DNA of 64,000 nt from Patescibacteria group bacterium (GTDB taxonomy: Bacteria; Patescibacteriota; WWE3; UBA101185; UBA10185). The notes below the pieces were generated by a model. It was not told the origin of the DNA. It did no database searches and saw only the letters and a list, made by a program, of their open reading frames with translations. The position numbers were made by a program, and so were the translations under genes. Shown here piece after piece: positions 49,699-60,373 of this stretch (within the stretch, counting starts at the first letter, position 1; every line of letters begins with the position of its first letter). Location: contig JAHJEV010000003.1 of the NCBI GenBank assembly GCA_018825365.1, positions 108,670-172,669 of the forward strand, read 5' to 3'.

Positions 49699-50455
49699 AA
49701 TTAACATTAAAACCCAAGATGAAATCGAAATAATGAGAAAAGCCGGAAAACTTCTTTCGGATATATTAAACGGTCTGAAATTAATGATAAAACCAGGATT
49801 AAATATCTGGGACTTAGAAGAACGATTCATAGCTTTTTGCAGTGAGAAAAACGTATCACCAGCTTGTAAGAATTACGCACCTAAAGGATATCTACCCTTT
49901 CCAACGGGACTTTGCATTAGCATAAATAGTCAGTCGGTACATTGTTTTCCAAGAAAAAACACAATTCTAAAAGATGGGGATATAGTTAACGTAGATACCG
50001 TAATAACTTTATCAGGTTTAAACGTAGACTCCGCGTTTTGTACTTGCGCTGGGGTACCAACTGGTATGGCAGAAAAACTAATGAAAACCGCCAAAGAGGC
50101 GTTGTGCAGAGCTACAAACGAGGTAAAAGAAGGTATTAAAATCGGAGTGCTCTCGCAGACCCTACAAAAAACGGTAGAACAGGCAGGGTTTAACGTTTTA
50201 AGGGATTACGCGGGTCATGGAATCGGGTATCACATGCACGAAGAACCGGAAATACCTTGTTTTGGAGGTAAGCACGAGGGCCCAAAACTCAAAAATGGCA
50301 TGACTATTTGCATCGAAGCACTCACCTGCTCCGGTAGCGCTAGAGTTGAAAATCTAAATCCCTGGGAGACAAAAATGGCCGATAACGGGCTGTTTTGTAT
50401 TTTTGAGCACACAGTACTTGTTACAAAAAAGGGATACGAAATCTTAACTGAGTAG
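49691..50455 (+). CDS. map: Methionine aminopeptidase type I
   Basis: GDIVNVD, GHGIG..MHEEP, ICIE, FEHTV. Confidence 0.95.
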   Translation: MNKINIKTQDEIEIMRKAGKLLSDILNGLKLMIKPGLNIWDLEERFIAFCSEKNVSPACKNYAPKGYLPFPTGLCISINSQSVHCFPRKNTILKDGDIVNVDTVITLSGLNVDSAFCTCAGVPTGMAEKLMKTAKEALCRATNEVKEGIKIGVLSQTLQKTVEQAGFNVLRDYAGHGIGYHMHEEPEIPCFGGKHEGPKLKNGMTICIEALTCSGSARVENLNPWETKMADNGLFCIFEHTVLVTKKGYEILTE

Positions 50456-51883
50456 CTAGTTAGTGTTGATCCTTTTCCAATTTGCAAAATCCAAAAACCT
50501 ATCCCAGTAAGTAAATGTATATTTCTGACCTACCCCGGAAATTCTTTTGGATACGTAGTAATGTTCAATGGGGTGGTAAAGGAAAATTACCGGAACTTGT
50601 TCATTAATAACTCTCTGAAATTCGTTGTAGTGAACAGCTCTGGTTTCGTTATCAAGTTCATTTCTACCCTCCTCTAAAGCCCTATCGCTTCTCATATGGC
50701 TAAATCCCGAAAGATTAAGTCCCGGCGCGTTGCTTTGGACTGAGTGCCACAAAACATACCTATCCGGATCCCTTCCAACTTCCTGCCCATAAAATAGTAT
50801 CTCAAAATCTCTAGGAATTATTACCTTGTTTACAAAATCTTCTGCAGATTCTTTGACAACGATAACCTTAATACCAAGCTTATCCTCCCAAATATCTTTT
50901 ATCTGCTCAACAAATCTGACGTGGCTTTTATCATTCGGAACTTTTATTTCCACAACGGTGTCTGCAATTGAACCAGAAACCGTTTTGTCATATTTATCAA
51001 ATTGTAAAGCTCTGTCGGTGAAAACACTTCTGCTTATTGGACCTTGTACAGCAATTCCCCTGTCCAAAATTATATCTGTGATAGGAAGCACTGCCTCAAG
51101 TTTTTTCCTAAACTCAACATCCTTAAATTTCTCATTTCTTAAATTAAAGTAAAGCGAATAGTAGATTCCCTGAATTGGGAATTTGTAATCAGTAAAATTT
51201 TCAAGATTGGAACAACAGTTCGAGTCAGACATAAACCCCTCGATTTCTCCAAGTTTAGCGGCTGTTTCTAACTCGTTCTCATTAGGATAAAACTTAAAAA
51301 CTATTTTTTTGATCGCATAGTCGTTTTTTGTTGTAACTAAAACGACCCCATTGATGAAAGCTCCTTTCTTTTCAACCCTCGCTACCCTAAAATCTGCGCT
51401 TGAGACAGGAATTAAATGATTCATTTTCTCTTCCGCACCCTCAGGAAGTACATCAACAGTTAATAAACTCAAAAATGGTGCGTATTTATTAGGAAGTGTG
51501 TATCTAACGGTAAGATCATCGATCTTGTCTGTTGCAACACCAGAAAGATCCACAGACTTGTATGAAGTATAAATAAGATCATTTGCGATTATTTTCTTTC
51601 CATTTGTCCAGTATTGGTTATCCTTAAGTTTTATAGTGTATGTAAGACCATCCTCAGAAACTGTCCAAGTATCTGCAAGGTCAGGGACGGTTGCACCATA
51701 GATATCGTATTTAAAAAGTCCTCTGAAAATAAGGTTGGAAACAGATTTTTCTATCTCATTTTGAGCTTGGGTGGGAAGAAATGATTGGGGTTGCCCAACA
51801 ACACCTTCCACATATTTGGACGTTGGTATAACGGCAAGCAGAAACGAATAAACATAAAGTACTATTTGTTGAAAGATATTCAT
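50456..51883 (-). CDS. ABC transporter substrate-binding protein (family 5)
   Basis: LIFRGL, PDLADTWTVSEDGLTY, DPD.Y..WHS, NLSGF. Confidence 0.88.
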   Translation of the reverse strand: MNIFQQIVLYVYSFLLAVIPTSKYVEGVVGQPQSFLPTQAQNEIEKSVSNLIFRGLFKYDIYGATVPDLADTWTVSEDGLTYTIKLKDNQYWTNGKKIIANDLIYTSYKSVDLSGVATDKIDDLTVRYTLPNKYAPFLSLLTVDVLPEGAEEKMNHLIPVSSADFRVARVEKKGAFINGVVLVTTKNDYAIKKIVFKFYPNENELETAAKLGEIEGFMSDSNCCSNLENFTDYKFPIQGIYYSLYFNLRNEKFKDVEFRKKLEAVLPITDIILDRGIAVQGPISRSVFTDRALQFDKYDKTVSGSIADTVVEIKVPNDKSHVRFVEQIKDIWEDKLGIKVIVVKESAEDFVNKVIIPRDFEILFYGQEVGRDPDRYVLWHSVQSNAPGLNLSGFSHMRSDRALEEGRNELDNETRAVHYNEFQRVINEQVPVIFLYHPIEHYYVSKRISGVGQKYTFTYWDRFLDFANWKRINTN

Positions 51884-51995
51884 AATACAAGTTAGATTTT
51901 ACCAAAAATGACGAGGTATTTCTGTACGCAGGGCCAGGATGAAATTTATCCGATTTGGCGTATAATACCTTACAGCTGCCCAAACTACTATTAAC

Positions 51996-53075
51996 ATGTC
52001 TAAAATCAGTGATCTATTTACTAATAACAACTGGTCGCCACAAACAAAAGACCGAGTTTTCAAGGTTTTAAGGTGGTTTGTTGCTATTATTGGCTTACTT
52101 GTTGTTATATCGATACTTTCACCAACAGCACTAAACATACTCTTAAATATACTTAGAGTTATAAGTATTGGAATAGTAAGTATTTTCTTTGTCCTGGGAA
52201 TACTTGTAGTAATCGGTTTAAGAAAAGAGGCTACCAGAATTTTGGATATTTTGCTTGAGGGGTCGCTTAGCTTTATAGATGTTGTTGAATTTTTGAAAAT
52301 TCTTTACCACAGATTTCTGGAAATGTTGAAGGAGTTTTTGATCTATATTACGCCAATTCTTGCCTACATAACCGCGGGGGTTATTTATATTCTTCTTCTT
52401 GTTATCTACAAGACCATAGGAAGAAGTTACGACGTGACTTTGTTCACCATACTTATAACAATTATATTGGTGGCTTCCGTCGCTTTACTAAATAGAAACA
52501 AAAATCAAGACGAACCGGCTACCACGTATACAAAAAGAGTTGCCATAATATATAAGAGGTACTTTATAGATAGTTTTGAAATTGTTCTATTGCTTTTCTT
52601 CCTAACTATAGACAGCACTCGCCTCTTTTTCCTTCCTGATAGCTTAAATGTAAAAATACTATCTAAATTTGATGGCTATGACTTAATGACCAGGGCATTT
52701 ACTACAACCCATCTAAACTGGACCATAAATATAGTTACGGTTGCGATAGTAAGTGAAATTATAAGATACTCGATGAGAATCACCGCTTTGGCAAAGCGAT
52801 ACTACGCATCCATTTTGGAGCCAAGGAGAATCGTCAGAATAAAAATTGCTGTCAGAATGGCTTTTGGGAATGCGAAAGATGATATTGTAAGGTTTATAAC
52901 ATTCACAACTGTGTTGTTTTCTGTTTTCTTGATATTCCCAAGATTAAAGCTTCTATCCTTAGCTGTAACGAGTTTAACGAACCTGGCAATTGACTTGCTA
53001 ATCCCAGAGAGACTTGTAATCTCACGGGGCAAGGACTTAATAAACAGGGTAATTAACAAGATTTTTAAACTTTAA
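51996..53075 (+). CDS. Hypothetical multi-pass membrane protein
   Basis: 359-aa ORF with many TM helices. Confidence 0.75.
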   Translation: MSKISDLFTNNNWSPQTKDRVFKVLRWFVAIIGLLVVISILSPTALNILLNILRVISIGIVSIFFVLGILVVIGLRKEATRILDILLEGSLSFIDVVEFLKILYHRFLEMLKEFLIYITPILAYITAGVIYILLLVIYKTIGRSYDVTLFTILITIILVASVALLNRNKNQDEPATTYTKRVAIIYKRYFIDSFEIVLLLFFLTIDSTRLFFLPDSLNVKILSKFDGYDLMTRAFTTTHLNWTINIVTVAIVSEIIRYSMRITALAKRYYASILEPRRIVRIKIAVRMAFGNAKDDIVRFITFTTVLFSVFLIFPRLKLLSLAVTSLTNLAIDLLIPERLVISRGKDLINRVINKIFKL

Positions 53076-53155
53076 CTTTCAGTTGTATCTTTAGTTAAAA
53101 TTTTCCAAATGTTGTCAAATTACTGGTATATTGATAGTATATCTTGTTATTTTAC

Positions 53156-53230
53156 GGCCCCATCGTCTAATGGTTAGGACGTCGGGTTTTCATCCCGGCA
53201 ACCGGAGTTCGATTCTCCGTGGGGTCACCA
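53156..53230 (+). tRNA. tRNA-Glu (TTC)
   Basis: GGCCCCA/TGGGGTC, loop TTTTCAT, CCA. Confidence 0.96.
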
Positions 53231-53575
53231 ACTCGCTTTTACTCAAATTCTGATTTATAGAAAGCTCGAAGATTGGGGTTAATTCAGGTGTTCCACTAAT
53301 TAATTCTTTGTAGGTCGGGAAAATCTTAAAAAACGCTTTCAATCTAGAACCCTTTTCTATTGGATTTCGCACCTCTGAAAGGAATTTCGATAGGTGTTCC
53401 ATAATCCTATCTAGATGATTTATAACCTGCTTAAAACTATCATCTGAAAGCTCCTGAGAGGCCCTACGCTCCTTTAATAAGGCAATGTCTATATCGATAT
53501 CTTCATATTTACTTTCAAGTGCTTTTCTAACGCTATCTGAGGAAGTTTTGTGGTTATCTCGTAGTATTTTCGTGA
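53190..53575 (-). pseudogene. C-terminal remnant of a site-specific recombinase reading into tRNA-Glu
   Basis: TSSDSVRKALESKYE...MEHL...PTYKELISGTPELTPIF...LVTPRRIELRLPG, ending inside the tRNA antisense strand. Confidence 0.6.
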
Positions 53576-53606
53576 ATTACTGTCGTAACTATTTTCTGAA
53601 AAGGAG

Positions 53607-53684
53607 TTGACAAAGATTGTAAACGGAGATAATGTGTAGGAGCTGAAACTGGAGAGTGAGCCTTGCGCCGCTGGCCAGTTTTTT
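53607..53684 (+). ncRNA. Promoter plus ~45-nt hairpin RNA convergent with the DUF3800-like gene
   Basis: TTGACA-17-TAATGT; AAACTGG...CCAGTTT followed by further T residues. Confidence 0.45.
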
Positions 53685-53688
53685 GCGT

Positions 53689-54482
53689 TTAGCATATAAT
53701 TTTCAGACCTTCTATCTTTTTGTAAAGCCTAGACTTCTCAGCATTTTTTACGCCAGTTGGAAAAACAAATAGCTTACTTTTCGCACAACCCCTAATCATT
53801 TTTTGATAGGTGTTCATTGAGCTTATCTTTTTGTCTCTCTTTAAATGTAGAACTTCCATCCTTAAACCGTATGCCAACAAGTCACTTACTTGAGATATTG
53901 TATCAACATTCCTCTTAGTTAAAAATGAAACACCAGTTAGATGATTTTTAACATCTTGGTGCGTAATAGAATCAGTAGGAATACCACTCGACTGATAATT
54001 AAAAAACTGTTGATAGATATTTAGGTCTTGGATAGGAGTGGAAGCTTCCTGAACTATCTGACCTTTTTCATTTTTTGCTATGAGCACTCTGATGTAATTC
54101 TCAATTATTTCCTTATAGGCTCTATTATCACAGTCCTTTGGTCCCAGTTATTCCTAAAAGCAACCTGTTGGTCTACAGCAACCGACAATAAATACATTGG
54201 ACAGTGCCTGAAAAAATCAGCTAAATTTTGAGTGAAACTCTTAAATAAGGAAATATTGTTTTTAAATATTTCGAATTCCTTCTCTTTTCTCCCTATAAGT
54301 TTTGAGTGCAGAATAATTTCAGTAGTATCCCAAAACTTGAATTTTATATGGTCGAGGTTGTTCATCAGGTCTCTTTTGTTGTCATCATTCATAACACACC
54401 CAGTTAATATAAAATAAGATGAGTTTTTATATCTCTTCGGAGACGACTCTCCAAGTTCATCAATGTACATTGTTAGACTCAT
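53689..54482 (-). pseudogene. DUF3800-like protein, frameshifted near 54125-54130
   Basis: MYIDELG N-terminal motif and QVSDLLAY C-terminal motif in different frames; NRAYKEIIENY bridges them. Confidence 0.75.
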
Positions 54483-54677
54483 AGGTGCATTCTACCACTG
54501 GAGCACATCGTATGTGATTGTAGTTCGATACACGGATGGGTAATTCGTCTTCAGTTAGTCTTGTCTGAAATACAAGGTTTAAAGAGTGTTTATATGTCGG
54601 GGGCGTAAACCCCAACCAATTCAAAAGCTGATGATATAAAGGTGTTCCACTTTTGGTACAATAAGGTCACCAAAAAC

Positions 54678-55274
54678 ATGACTTTCGACAGACAAAAATA
54701 CTACGATGCGGCAAAGAATCAGTTGGAACCCGGAATATTCAAGCATTCCCTGGCACTTGAGAGTTGTATGTGTGGATTATATGACTACCTCAAAGCCAAT
54801 AATCTACTAACCCCACAAGACCCGTCAAAAGAGGACTGGGCGCTGGCAGGACTTATACACGACATAGACTTTTCTGGTGAATTTAAAGAGCAACATCCAT
54901 CTAAAACCAGAGAGGCACTTTCATTGTATGGGCTGGAAATATCCGATACGGTATATAACATCGTGCAGGCACACGCCGTTGGATCTACTGGTGTAAATTT
55001 TAAGAACAAGGCAGAATGGGCAATTTTTTGCGCTGACTCTCTAACCGGACTAATAATGGCAGTAGCTTATGTATACCCAAGCAGAAAGTTAGCTGATGTT
55101 AAAGTATCTTCAGTTTTGAAACGTTTTTTAAAAGAACCAAGATTCGCTGCCGGGACAAGACGTGATGAAGTTTCCATGTGTAGCAACCCCCAAGGTTTAA
55201 ATCTACCACTAGAGAAATTTATTGAAATTTGCTTAACCTCGATGCAGTCTATTGCGGGCGAGCTAGGTTTGTAA
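54678..55274 (+). CDS. HD-domain protein
   Basis: KHSL, GLIHDIDF, AH, ADSLTGLI, KVSSVLKR. Confidence 0.88.
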   Translation: MTFDRQKYYDAAKNQLEPGIFKHSLALESCMCGLYDYLKANNLLTPQDPSKEDWALAGLIHDIDFSGEFKEQHPSKTREALSLYGLEISDTVYNIVQAHAVGSTGVNFKNKAEWAIFCADSLTGLIMAVAYVYPSRKLADVKVSSVLKRFLKEPRFAAGTRRDEVSMCSNPQGLNLPLEKFIEICLTSMQSIAGELGL

Positions 55275-55318
55275 ACACCAAAACCCCTGTACTGAATTAA
55301 AATGCTAAAATATACAAA

Positions 55319-55735
55319 ATGAACATATTTATTGGCTACAAATATAAAAACAATAAAAATAAGGACACACTACAAAATAACTTAGAGAAAATATCCAATA
55401 AACTGGAAGAAGCATGCCACAAGTGTTTTGTTTTGGGCAGGGATGTGCATGGCTGGCATATAAACCACATCTCAACATCAAAAAGTATTTCCCCGATAAT
55501 TTCAAATATTAGAAAATCTGACCTTTTATTCGCATTTATTGATCATCCCGGCGAAAGCCTGGGACTGAGATTTGAAACACTTTGTGCAAAGGTACTGGGA
55601 AAGAAAATCATCATAGCCATTAAACGAAATCTTTCGGAAAAATTCTTTAGAAAATTGGCAACTGATACACTAGAATTTGAAAATATCGATGATTTAATTG
55701 CTAAAATTCCTAATTATTTTCAAAATCTAGATTAA
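55319..55735 (+). CDS. Nucleoside 2-deoxyribosyltransferase-like protein
   Basis: IRKSDLLFAF...SLGLRFE...AKVLGKKII. Confidence 0.7.
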   Translation: MNIFIGYKYKNNKNKDTLQNNLEKISNKLEEACHKCFVLGRDVHGWHINHISTSKSISPIISNIRKSDLLFAFIDHPGESLGLRFETLCAKVLGKKIIIAIKRNLSEKFFRKLATDTLEFENIDDLIAKIPNYFQNLD

Positions 55736-55738
55736 TAA

Positions 55739-56365
55739 ATGTATATCGTATTTGAAGGCATAGTGGGTACCGGAAAAACTACCCTCTCAAAAAAACTCTA
55801 CGATTATCTTAAAGAAAAGTATCCTAGGAAAGAAGTTGTCTGGACTCGTGAGCCGGGAGGAACTGAAATTGCACAAAAGATACGGGAATGTGTTCAAGGA
55901 ACTAATTTTAATGAAGACATGGACCCAATATGCGAGGCATACCTTTACGCTGCTTCTCGTGCTCAATCTTTAAGAACAATCGTAAAACCGATTATAGAAA
56001 AAGGTGGTATTGCAATTGCTGATAGAAGCTTTATTACGAGCATGGCAAACCAGGGATACGGAAGAGAGTTAGGAGTCAAAAGGGCTCTTAAAATAAATGA
56101 GCCAGCAGTTGAGGGAATACATCCCGACTTAGTAGTTTTTTTGGACGTAGACCCCAAAATAGCAATCACAAGGGTCTATGATGGCAGCGGCGACAAATTC
56201 GAGAGGTTCGGAATCGATTTTTACAGAAAGCTACATAGTGGTTACAAAAAGATATCAAAAATGAAAATGTTTAAGAATAAATGGGTAAATGTGAAAGTTG
56301 AAAAAGATTCCATTGAGAAAAACTTCAAACTTATACTAAAGGCAGTCAAACCTTATCTTCCTTAA
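55739..56365 (+). CDS. tmk: Thymidylate kinase
   Basis: FEGIVGTGKTT, TREPGG, ADRS, PDL. Confidence 0.95.
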   Translation: MYIVFEGIVGTGKTTLSKKLYDYLKEKYPRKEVVWTREPGGTEIAQKIRECVQGTNFNEDMDPICEAYLYAASRAQSLRTIVKPIIEKGGIAIADRSFITSMANQGYGRELGVKRALKINEPAVEGIHPDLVVFLDVDPKIAITRVYDGSGDKFERFGIDFYRKLHSGYKKISKMKMFKNKWVNVKVEKDSIEKNFKLILKAVKPYLP

Positions 56366-57573
56366 AAGTATTTCTTTCCTTTTAGTTTTGTCGGCATATA
56401 TTCCTGACCTGTTTTTTCAGCCTTTAAACTATGCTCATATTTGTAACCCCTGCCATAGCCGATCTTTTTCATGAATTTAGTGGGAGCATTTCTTATCTCC
56501 AAAGGAACCGGCAGGTTTCCATATTTCTCCACATCTTCTTTAACCTTTCCATAAGCCATATAAAGCAAGTTGGACTTGGGAGCTTTCGCGCAATAAACAA
56601 CGGCCTCGGCCAAAGCTAAATTACACTCCGGCATTCCAATAACCTCACAGGCTTTAAATGCTGAAACGGCAATAACCAAAGCGTTTGGGTCTGAAAGTCC
56701 AATATCCTCCGATGCAAACCTAACAACTCGTCTTGCTATATAAATAGGGTCCTGACCTGCTTCAAGCATTCTCCCTAGCCAATACAAAGCTGAGTCGGGA
56801 TCTGAACCTCTCATTGATTTATGAAGTGCTGAAATTGTATTGTAAAACTCCTCGCCTTTTAGATCAAACCCCAAATTTCTTCTTTGCAAAGCATCTTCAA
56901 TATTTTTCATTTCAATTTTCTTACTCTTGGTAAGGTGTGAAGCGATCTCAAGCACATTTAGGGATATTCTGGCATCTCCGTTTGACGCTGTGATTAAAAA
57001 ACCAAAGGCATTCTCATCTAGCTTTTTTTTTAACAATTTTAATCCCCTACTTATTATTATTCTTAAATCGTTTTCTGGGAGTTGGGATAGAATAAGCACT
57101 CTGCATCGGGACATTAATGGACTTATAACCTCAAAGGACGGGTTTTCTGTAGTTGCACCTATGAATATAATTATTCCTTTTTCTACATGCGGTAATAGAG
57201 AATCCTGCTGGGCTTTGTTAAACCTATGTAGTTCATCGATAAAAACAATAGGTACTCTGAAATCCTCATTTTCGCAGAATTTAAAGCCTTTATTCAAGTT
57301 TGCATCCTTTTTGGGAATTATTTTCTCTATTTCTTTTATAGAAGTATTAACTGCTGAAAATTCATAAAACTTTCTGTTAAGTTCATTTGCAATTATTCTT
57401 GCAAGAGTGGTCTTCCCTGATCCCGGAGGTCCCCAAAATATTAATGATGGGAAAAAGTCTGAATACTTGGATTGTTTTATTAATGATGAAACTACCTCTA
57501 TTATTTTCTTTTGGCCTACAAAATCTTCAATTTTTGAGGGACGAAGTTTGTCAGCCAGAGGTTGATACGCCAT
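56362..57573 (-). CDS. rarA: Replication-associated recombination protein A
   Basis: PLADKLRP, WGPPGSGKTT, DELHRFNKAQQD, ATTENP, SALHKSMRGSD. Confidence 0.95.
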   Translation of the reverse strand: MAYQPLADKLRPSKIEDFVGQKKIIEVVSSLIKQSKYSDFFPSLIFWGPPGSGKTTLARIIANELNRKFYEFSAVNTSIKEIEKIIPKKDANLNKGFKFCENEDFRVPIVFIDELHRFNKAQQDSLLPHVEKGIIIFIGATTENPSFEVISPLMSRCRVLILSQLPENDLRIIISRGLKLLKKKLDENAFGFLITASNGDARISLNVLEIASHLTKSKKIEMKNIEDALQRRNLGFDLKGEEFYNTISALHKSMRGSDPDSALYWLGRMLEAGQDPIYIARRVVRFASEDIGLSDPNALVIAVSAFKACEVIGMPECNLALAEAVVYCAKAPKSNLLYMAYGKVKEDVEKYGNLPVPLEIRNAPTKFMKKIGYGRGYKYEHSLKAEKTGQEYMPTKLKGKKYF

Positions 57574-57664
57574 GTATAAAGTTTATACTAAATTTCTTTT
57601 CGTGTAAACTTCGGGTATTTAATATTTAAATACAAAACGCTATGATATAATAATCAACATCTCT

Positions 57665-57739
57665 GGGGGCGTAGCTCAGCGGTAGAGCAGCGGCCTTTTA
57701 AGCCGCGTGTCCTGGGTTCGATCCCCAGCGCCCTCACCA
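57665..57739 (+). tRNA. tRNA-Lys (TTT)
   Basis: Loop CTTTTAA, CCA. Confidence 0.96.
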
Positions 57740-57785
57740 TAAAAAAATAGACAAGTACTGGTGTGTGCTTGCCTATTGCAAAAAG

Positions 57786-58130
57786 TTATTTGCTGCGTTC
57801 GTCCGAATTCTCCTTGCACCGTTGAATGAAGCCCGGAGTTACAACATATCTGGCTCCGTCACTGTGCTTAATCCATCTATATTCCAACAACCACTCAAAC
57901 CCCTCGCGAATGCTGTCTTCTTCCTCCGGTGGGCTCTCAAGTTCCCCAGTAATGCAAAGTTCACTATGTGTAAACTCTCTCCACTGGTTTCCTTGAGAAC
58001 AAAGCGTGACGATGAGACGAGCTGTAACATCCATTTCGAACTTCCCAAAGAAACTGGCAAACGCATGCGTATTTGGATCTTGTGGTTTCAAGGAAATATC
58101 TCTAGGGCTTACTTTATTAGGTGTACTCAT
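57786..58130 (-). CDS. Hypothetical protein
   Basis: 114-aa ORF with GGAGAG RBS; no family recognised. Confidence 0.6.
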   Translation of the reverse strand: MSTPNKVSPRDISLKPQDPNTHAFASFFGKFEMDVTARLIVTLCSQGNQWREFTHSELCITGELESPPEEEDSIREGFEWLLEYRWIKHSDGARYVVTPGFIQRCKENSDERSK

Positions 58131-58254
58131 GTCTTCTCTCCAATCTGTATTTCAGGATATTAACCGAGGTATACTAAATAATCTTTCGGCTGTCAAGTAT
58201 AGACAACGAAGACGTGCAAGAACGATTTACATGAAAGAGTAAAATTAATTTAGT

Positions 58255-59079
58255 ATGGTCAAAAAGAAACGCACTCGGAAAGATACGCTAGATGTTTTGA
58301 TTTTAGCTTCTGCGGCTATTGTTCTTTCAACCTTTCTCGTGATTAAGTTGCTCGCAATCTCAGGTTTCAACCTAAGAAATTTTGTTAAACGGTCACAAAA
58401 TGTAGAATCCGACCAAAAACCCTATTCATTAAATATCCCCATAATTACGTACCACTATATTGAGATTGTTACAGATAAGAATGATTTTCTGAGAAAAAAC
58501 ATGGCGATTACACCAACGGAATTAAAAAGGGAAATTAACGAACTCAAAAGTCAAGGGTACGAATTCGTGTTTATTAAAGAAATCCCAAAGCTTCTTCATA
58601 TGGAAACCCCGCCGACAGGGAAATTTGTTGCAATTACATTTGACGATGGGTATAGGGACTTTTACACCGATGCTTTCCCTGTAATAAAAGAAACAGGTGT
58701 TAAAGCAACTGTCTTTGTCATTACTGGATTTGTTAACTATCAAAACTACATGACCGACGAGCAGATTAAAGAGGTTTCCCAAAGCGGACTAGTAGAAGTG
58801 GGTGCTCACACAATGAGCCATATCGATCTAAGATCTATTACTTCCGCCCACGCTGATAGCGAGATTGTTGGAAGCAAAGATTATCTGGAATCAAAACTTG
58901 GTATAAAAGTAGAATCATTCTCATATCCTTTTGGCGGATTTAACAACGAAATAACTCAAATGGTAAAAAATGCTTCGCATACCTCAGCCGTATCGGATAT
59001 TTCTGGAACAACCCAATCATTAAGTAACCTGTACTCACTTTCAAGAATTCGGGTAGGGTACTTCTTTAAGTTTGAATAG
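58255..59079 (+). CDS. Polysaccharide deacetylase (CE4)
   Basis: YHY, ITFDDGY, GAHTMSH, SYPFG. Confidence 0.93.
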   Translation: MVKKKRTRKDTLDVLILASAAIVLSTFLVIKLLAISGFNLRNFVKRSQNVESDQKPYSLNIPIITYHYIEIVTDKNDFLRKNMAITPTELKREINELKSQGYEFVFIKEIPKLLHMETPPTGKFVAITFDDGYRDFYTDAFPVIKETGVKATVFVITGFVNYQNYMTDEQIKEVSQSGLVEVGAHTMSHIDLRSITSAHADSEIVGSKDYLESKLGIKVESFSYPFGGFNNEITQMVKNASHTSAVSDISGTTQSLSNLYSLSRIRVGYFFKFE

Positions 59080-59826
59080 TTACTTCTTAACCAACTTGTA
59101 AAAAATAGAAGGTCCGAAATAAAAGTAAGACAGGATTCCCTGAGTTAAATTTTCAAACCTCAAGAGAATTTTGACCGGGAAGTACCTTGTGACAAAAGAA
59201 ACCCTAAAATTTGAAACTGAGAGTTTTTTTTCAATTTTAAAACCAGCTTCTTTAAGCATCTTTTCGATTTCTTTAGGATGGTGGTTTAGAAATGTGACAT
59301 CTTTTGTTGCCACGCTAACTGAGTCGCGACTAAAGTACTTAAGGTTACCTTTAAACAAGTTTAGTAAAACTGACTTAAAATGCATTTTATTGGCTATTTC
59401 TAATATAAAAACCCCGTTATCATTCAGTACCCCGTAAATTTGCTCAAAAACACTCTGTAAATCATCCAGGTGATGGGAAACCCGGATCATTGCAGCGTAA
59501 TCAAATTTTTCGGTAGAGCAGGACGCTAATTTGTAAACATCGCACTGGATAGTTTTTACATTTATACCCATCTGCTTCCCTGTTTCTTTCGCCAAATCTA
59601 GAAGTCTTTGGGAACAATCAAAAACAGTAATTGACCCAAAGTAATCCTTAAAAATAGGAATCAGCCTTCCAAACCCACCCCCGATATCAATAACGTTTTT
59701 ACTGCTATCTATATTTTTTGGAAGAAGCTTTTTCAAAGCTATAAACTCAGCCGTGTGTTCGTAGTCACGACCCTCCCAATATCTGGTGTAATCATAGTTT
59801 TTATCGTTGTAATCAACACTAAGCAT
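59080..59826 (-). CDS. Class I SAM-dependent methyltransferase
   Basis: IDIGGGFGR, RVSHH, GVFILE. Confidence 0.9.
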   Translation of the reverse strand: MLSVDYNDKNYDYTRYWEGRDYEHTAEFIALKKLLPKNIDSSKNVIDIGGGFGRLIPIFKDYFGSITVFDCSQRLLDLAKETGKQMGINVKTIQCDVYKLASCSTEKFDYAAMIRVSHHLDDLQSVFEQIYGVLNDNGVFILEIANKMHFKSVLLNLFKGNLKYFSRDSVSVATKDVTFLNHHPKEIEKMLKEAGFKIEKKLSVSNFRVSFVTRYFPVKILLRFENLTQGILSYFYFGPSIFYKLVKK

Positions 59827-59870
59827 GATTTAAATATACCTAAACGTCCAGATATTAACAAGAAACGAAA

Positions 59871-59893
59871 GAGGCCCCGCGTTTGCGGAGCCT
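59871..59893 (-). terminator. Terminator after the RRM gene
   Basis: GAGGCCCCGC/GCGGAGCCTC hairpin with A-rich flank on the + strand. Confidence 0.6.
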
Positions 59894-59924
59894 CCGAATC
59901 AAAGTATTCCCATAAGAGAAAAGC

Positions 59925-60200
59925 TTATCTTCTGAAAGATCTTTCTGGTCTTTCTTCCTTTGGTCTTGCGACTGAGACTACGATATTTCTTCCTTCCATG
60001 TCTTTGTCATTCAAGTCCTTAATCGCGTTTTGAGCAGATGCATCATCTTCTAACTCTACGAATCCAAATCCTTTGGATCTTCCACTCATTTTATCGAATA
60101 TAATAGTCGCGGAAACAATATTTCCGTATGAGGCAAATAATGTTTTTAAACTATCATCGTTATAGCTGTAAGGTAAATTACCTACGTATAATTTTGTCAA
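59925..60200 (-). CDS. RRM RNA-binding protein
   Basis: KLYVGNLPY (RNP2), KGFGFVEL (RNP1); TTG start after AAGGTGG. Confidence 0.93.
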   Translation of the reverse strand: MTKLYVGNLPYSYNDDSLKTLFASYGNIVSATIIFDKMSGRSKGFGFVELEDDASAQNAIKDLNDKDMEGRNIVVSVARPKEERPERSFRR

Positions 60201-60373
60201 ACTAACACACCACCTTCCGTACAAACAAAATACAAACAAGTCTCTTAGAAAATGGGAAATGCTTTGAGTTAAAAAGTCAAGATTTCTATCATTCGTAAGA
60301 GCACGCCTAAGATTGTAGCACATATCTCTCAATTTACCTATGGCAATATCCTTATAAGGCGATGGCTCTCTTT

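Noticed and set aside
60201-60332. Extended N-terminus of the RRM protein
   Set aside because: The domain and SD point to a TTG start at 60200.
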